Assembly: GCA_041694835.1 (NCBI GenBank)
Contig: JBGFRZ010000033.1
Coordinates: 1-18,926, forward strand
Origin: Ignavibacteria bacterium
GTDB lineage: Bacteria > Elusimicrobiota > Endomicrobiia > PHAN01
Reading direction: 5' to 3'
DNA length: 18,926 nucleotides
The notes below the pieces were generated by a model, which saw only the letters and a list, made by a program, of their open reading frames with translations, did no database searches and was not told the origin of the DNA. The position numbers and the translations under genes are program-made. Of the stretch, positions 16,030 through 18,926 are shown one piece after another (the stretch's first letter is position 1; every line of letters starts with the position of its first letter).

Positions 16030-16917
16030 ATGAAAAGGACAACTAAAGGCGGTGCGCTTTTCGCCTATCTTTCTTCGAGGAAAAAAATTGTAGATGATGC
16101 CCTTTCAGGATTTTTGCCGAGAAAAACGCCTTTCAGGCTTTATGACGCGATGCGCTACTCGGTTTTTTCCGGAGGAAAAAGAATAAGACCTATAGTTGTA
16201 ATAGCCGGGGCGGAAATCTGCGGCGGGGAGACGGCTGATGTAATCGAGAGCGCCTGCGCCGTAGAGTTGATTCACACCTACTCTCTCATCCACGACGATC
16301 TCCCTGCCATCGACAACGACGACTTCAGGCGCGGAAAACCGACGTGCCACAAAAAATTCTCGGAAGACATAGCACTCCTTGCTGGCGATGCTCTTTTGAC
16401 ATATGCTTTTGAGCTTCTTGGAAAAAATATAAGCAGAGTCCGTGCCCGCCTGTCGGCTGAAATTGTTAAAGAAGTGAGCATGGCGGTCGGGAAAGACGGA
16501 ATGGTCGGCGGACAGGTTCTCGATTTAGAGTGTTCGGGGATAAAAAATTTCAATGGTCGGAGGGTTAAAAGGCTGTTGGATGAAATACACATCAACAAAA
16601 CCGCTAAACTCATCGAGCTTTCTTCGAAACTCGGCGCAATGGTGCTCGGAGCACAAGAAAATCAGATAAAAGCGCTTGAATCCTACGGAAGAAATATAGG
16701 TCTCGCTTTCCAGATAGCGGATGATTTGCTAGACTTCAAGGAAGAGGCGTCGGACATCAGAAACAAAAGACTCACTTATCCTTTGATTTACGGCGTCGAA
16801 AGTTCGTCGGAGATGGCGAAGGACTGCGTATTGAAGGCCAAAGCTTCGCTTAAGAGATTTAAAGGCGGTGAAGTTCTTTGCGATTTGGCCGACTTTATCG
16901 TGGAAAGGACATATTGA
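16030..16917 (+). CDS. ispA: Short-chain polyprenyl diphosphate synthase (farnesyl diphosphate synthase-like)
   Basis: GGKRIRP, FARM HTYSLIHDDLPAIDNDDFRRGKPT (Tyr at -5), GMVGGQ, KT, SARM FQIADDLLD; xseB-ispA-dxs synteny. Confidence 0.92.
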   Translation: MKRTTKGGALFAYLSSRKKIVDDALSGFLPRKTPFRLYDAMRYSVFSGGKRIRPIVVIAGAEICGGETADVIESACAVELIHTYSLIHDDLPAIDNDDFRRGKPTCHKKFSEDIALLAGDALLTYAFELLGKNISRVRARLSAEIVKEVSMAVGKDGMVGGQVLDLECSGIKNFNGRRVKRLLDEIHINKTAKLIELSSKLGAMVLGAQENQIKALESYGRNIGLAFQIADDLLDFKEEASDIRNKRLTYPLIYGVESSSEMAKDCVLKAKASLKRFKGGEVLCDLADFIVERTY

Positions 16918-16918
16918 G

Positions 16919-18763
16919 ATGGTTCTCGAAAGGGTTAATTATCCATCCGATTTGAAAAATCTTTCCGTTAGTGAACTTGAACTTCTCGCTGAGGAAATAA
17001 GGCGACTCATAATAAAAACTACCGAGAAAACCGGAGGACATCTTGCGTCGAGTCTGGGCGCTGTGGATTTCATAGTAGCGCTCCATTATGTTTTCGAAAC
17101 CCCGAAAGATAAGATAGTTTGGGACGTGGGACATCAGGTCTATGCCCACAAGCTCCTGACCGGCAGAAAAGAGAGGTTTTCAACTTTGAGGAGTTATCAG
17201 GGTTTAAGCGGTTTTCCCAACAGGGGAGAGTCGGAGTACGACGCATTCACGGTCGGACATTCCTCGACAGCGATTTCTTCGGCGCTTGGCCTTGCCGCGG
17301 CCCGAGACTTAAATAACGAGGACTACAAGGTCATCGCCGTTGTAGGTGACGGCTCAATGACGGGCGGACTTGCTTTCGAGGGGCTTCAAAATGCGGGACA
17401 TCTTAGGAAGGACATACTTGTTATCTTAAACGACAACGAGATGTTCATATCCCACAAGGTCGGGGCTTTCGCGGGCTATCTCGCCAAACTCCTCACGGCG
17501 GGCAGTTTCAAGAGGTTTGAGAACAGGATAGAAAAGTTCTTTAAAAGACTTCATTTCTGGGGTTCACAGATTTTGAGGGTGGCCAAAAGGTTCAAGGTGC
17601 TTCTTTTCCCCGGTATGCTTTTCGAGGAGTTAGGATTTGCCTATCTCGGTCCGGTCGACGGCCACGACATAAGAAGACTGGTTGAAATTTTGAGCAATGT
17701 CAAGAAAATGAACGGCCCTATACTTCTTCATCTTGTCACGAAAAAAGGGAAGGGTCACTCCCCCGCCGAAGGCGAGCCGACGAAGTATCACGGCATCGCC
17801 CCCGTCGCCCCTCAACCCGCCGTCTGTTCAACCGGCATTTCATACACTCAAGCGTTTTCGGACGCGATTGTGAGAATCGCCAGAGAGAACAAAAAGGCCG
17901 TAGCCATAACCGCTGCTATGGCCGACGGAACAGGGCTTGTGGAGTTTTCAAAAGAGTTCCCCGAGAGATTTTTCGATGTCGGAATAGCTGAGCAGCATGC
18001 CGTCACTTTCGCCGCTGGACTTGCCGCCGAGGGCATTCAACCTGTCTGCGCCATATACTCGACTTTCCTGCAACGTTCTTTCGACCAGCTTATCCATGAT
18101 GTCGCGCTCAACAATCTTCCCGTAATTTTTGCAATAGACAGGGCGGGATTGGTGGGCGAGGACGGAGCGACTCATCAGGGGGCTTATGATATATCTTATA
18201 TCAGACTCATTCCAAATTTTATCGTATGCTCTCCAAAAAACGAAAACGAACTTGGTGACATGCTCTACTCCGCTTTCAGATGGGGCAAGCCTGTCGCTAT
18301 AAGGTATCCTCGCGGTTCAAGCGGTCTTGCGGAAGTAAGAAAAGATTTCAGATACATCGATGCGGGATTGTCCGAGGTTGCGCTAAAAGGGAACGATGTT
18401 TTTATCCTTTCGATAGGGAATTGCTTCAATGAGGCGATGGCGGCCGCTGATATTCTGAAAAAAAGCGACGTTTCCGCGGGCTTGGTAAACATGAGATTTA
18501 TAAAGCCGCTCGACGAAAAAACAATTCTCGATGTTGTCTCAAAAACCGACAGGATAGTCACCGTCGAGGAAAATACGATAATCGGGGGCATGGGCAGCGC
18601 CGTGAATGAGTTTTTGATAAGCAGAAAAAAAAGCGCGAAGATATTGAACATAGCGTTGCCGGATATTTTCATAGAGCACGGGAACCAGAATGAGTTGAGA
18701 AAGAAATTCCATCTAAACGCTGATTTAATATCCGCTAAAATTTTGGAGTGGCTTGGACAATAA
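16919..18763 (+). CDS. dxs: 1-deoxy-D-xylulose-5-phosphate synthase
   Basis: GGHLASSLG, WDVGHQ, GHSST, TPP motif GDGSMTGG...NDN, DVGIAEQHA, YSTFLQR, DRAG, DGATHQG, IRYPRG. ATG 16919 after AAAGGA. Confidence 0.98.
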   Translation: MVLERVNYPSDLKNLSVSELELLAEEIRRLIIKTTEKTGGHLASSLGAVDFIVALHYVFETPKDKIVWDVGHQVYAHKLLTGRKERFSTLRSYQGLSGFPNRGESEYDAFTVGHSSTAISSALGLAAARDLNNEDYKVIAVVGDGSMTGGLAFEGLQNAGHLRKDILVILNDNEMFISHKVGAFAGYLAKLLTAGSFKRFENRIEKFFKRLHFWGSQILRVAKRFKVLLFPGMLFEELGFAYLGPVDGHDIRRLVEILSNVKKMNGPILLHLVTKKGKGHSPAEGEPTKYHGIAPVAPQPAVCSTGISYTQAFSDAIVRIARENKKAVAITAAMADGTGLVEFSKEFPERFFDVGIAEQHAVTFAAGLAAEGIQPVCAIYSTFLQRSFDQLIHDVALNNLPVIFAIDRAGLVGEDGATHQGAYDISYIRLIPNFIVCSPKNENELGDMLYSAFRWGKPVAIRYPRGSSGLAEVRKDFRYIDAGLSEVALKGNDVFILSIGNCFNEAMAAADILKKSDVSAGLVNMRFIKPLDEKTILDVVSKTDRIVTVEENTIIGGMGSAVNEFLISRKKSAKILNIALPDIFIEHGNQNELRKKFHLNADLISAKILEWLGQ

Positions 18764-18816
18764 AATTTTATTCATTCTTGTATCGCGTCGGCAAGAATCA
18801 ACCGCTTTTGTATAAT

Positions 18817-18926
18817 GAGAGTGTTGAAAAAGTCAGTATTTAGCAAAGCCAGCGCCATTTAGCCGGTAGGTTTAGCAATTTATGTTTGAAAAATTGCTGA
18901 CAGTTCTTTCAATTTCTGAATTTTCT
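18817..18926. mobile_element. Possible left end of an IS/MITE (runs out of window)
   Basis: gagagtgttgaaaaa (18817-18831) matches the MITE end gagaccgttgaaaaa at 13/15 positions. Confidence 0.4.

Noticed and set aside
1174..18672. Numerous minus-strand and alternative-frame ORFs overlapping the called genes (e.g. 7777-8310, 9888-10427, 11696-12298)
   Set aside because: Shadows of well-supported + strand genes with no recognisable motifs.
18788..18816. Promoter TCGGCA-17-TATAAT after dxs
   Set aside because: Weak -35 and no downstream gene visible in the window, so it cannot be supported.

Overview
Bacterial chromosomal housekeeping region (moderate GC), with all supported genes on the + strand. 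Order: 3' end of an OmpA-domain protein gene; consensus sigma70 promoter and L20-leader attenuator; infC-rpmI-rplT; ktrB-ktrA and a TPR protein gene; pheS, pheT; a small degenerate zinc-ribbon ORF; zapB-like, zapA, 6S RNA; rarA; 5-formyl-THF cyclo-ligase; rny; ymdB-like; xseA, xseB, ispA, dxs. Gene order and protein style suggest Elusimicrobia or a related lineage (inference only, no search run). The proteins are mostly ordinary. The unusual signal is intergenic: a 183-bp, about 97% identical direct repeat built from nested inverted 7-8-mer modules brackets rny; a 176-bp fold-back MITE has a 5-bp target duplication; a related terminal repeat lies near the window end; a two-hairpin RNA candidate follows rny; and several repeat types are stacked between pheS and pheT. 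No CRISPR array, tRNA, rRNA or transposase gene was seen.
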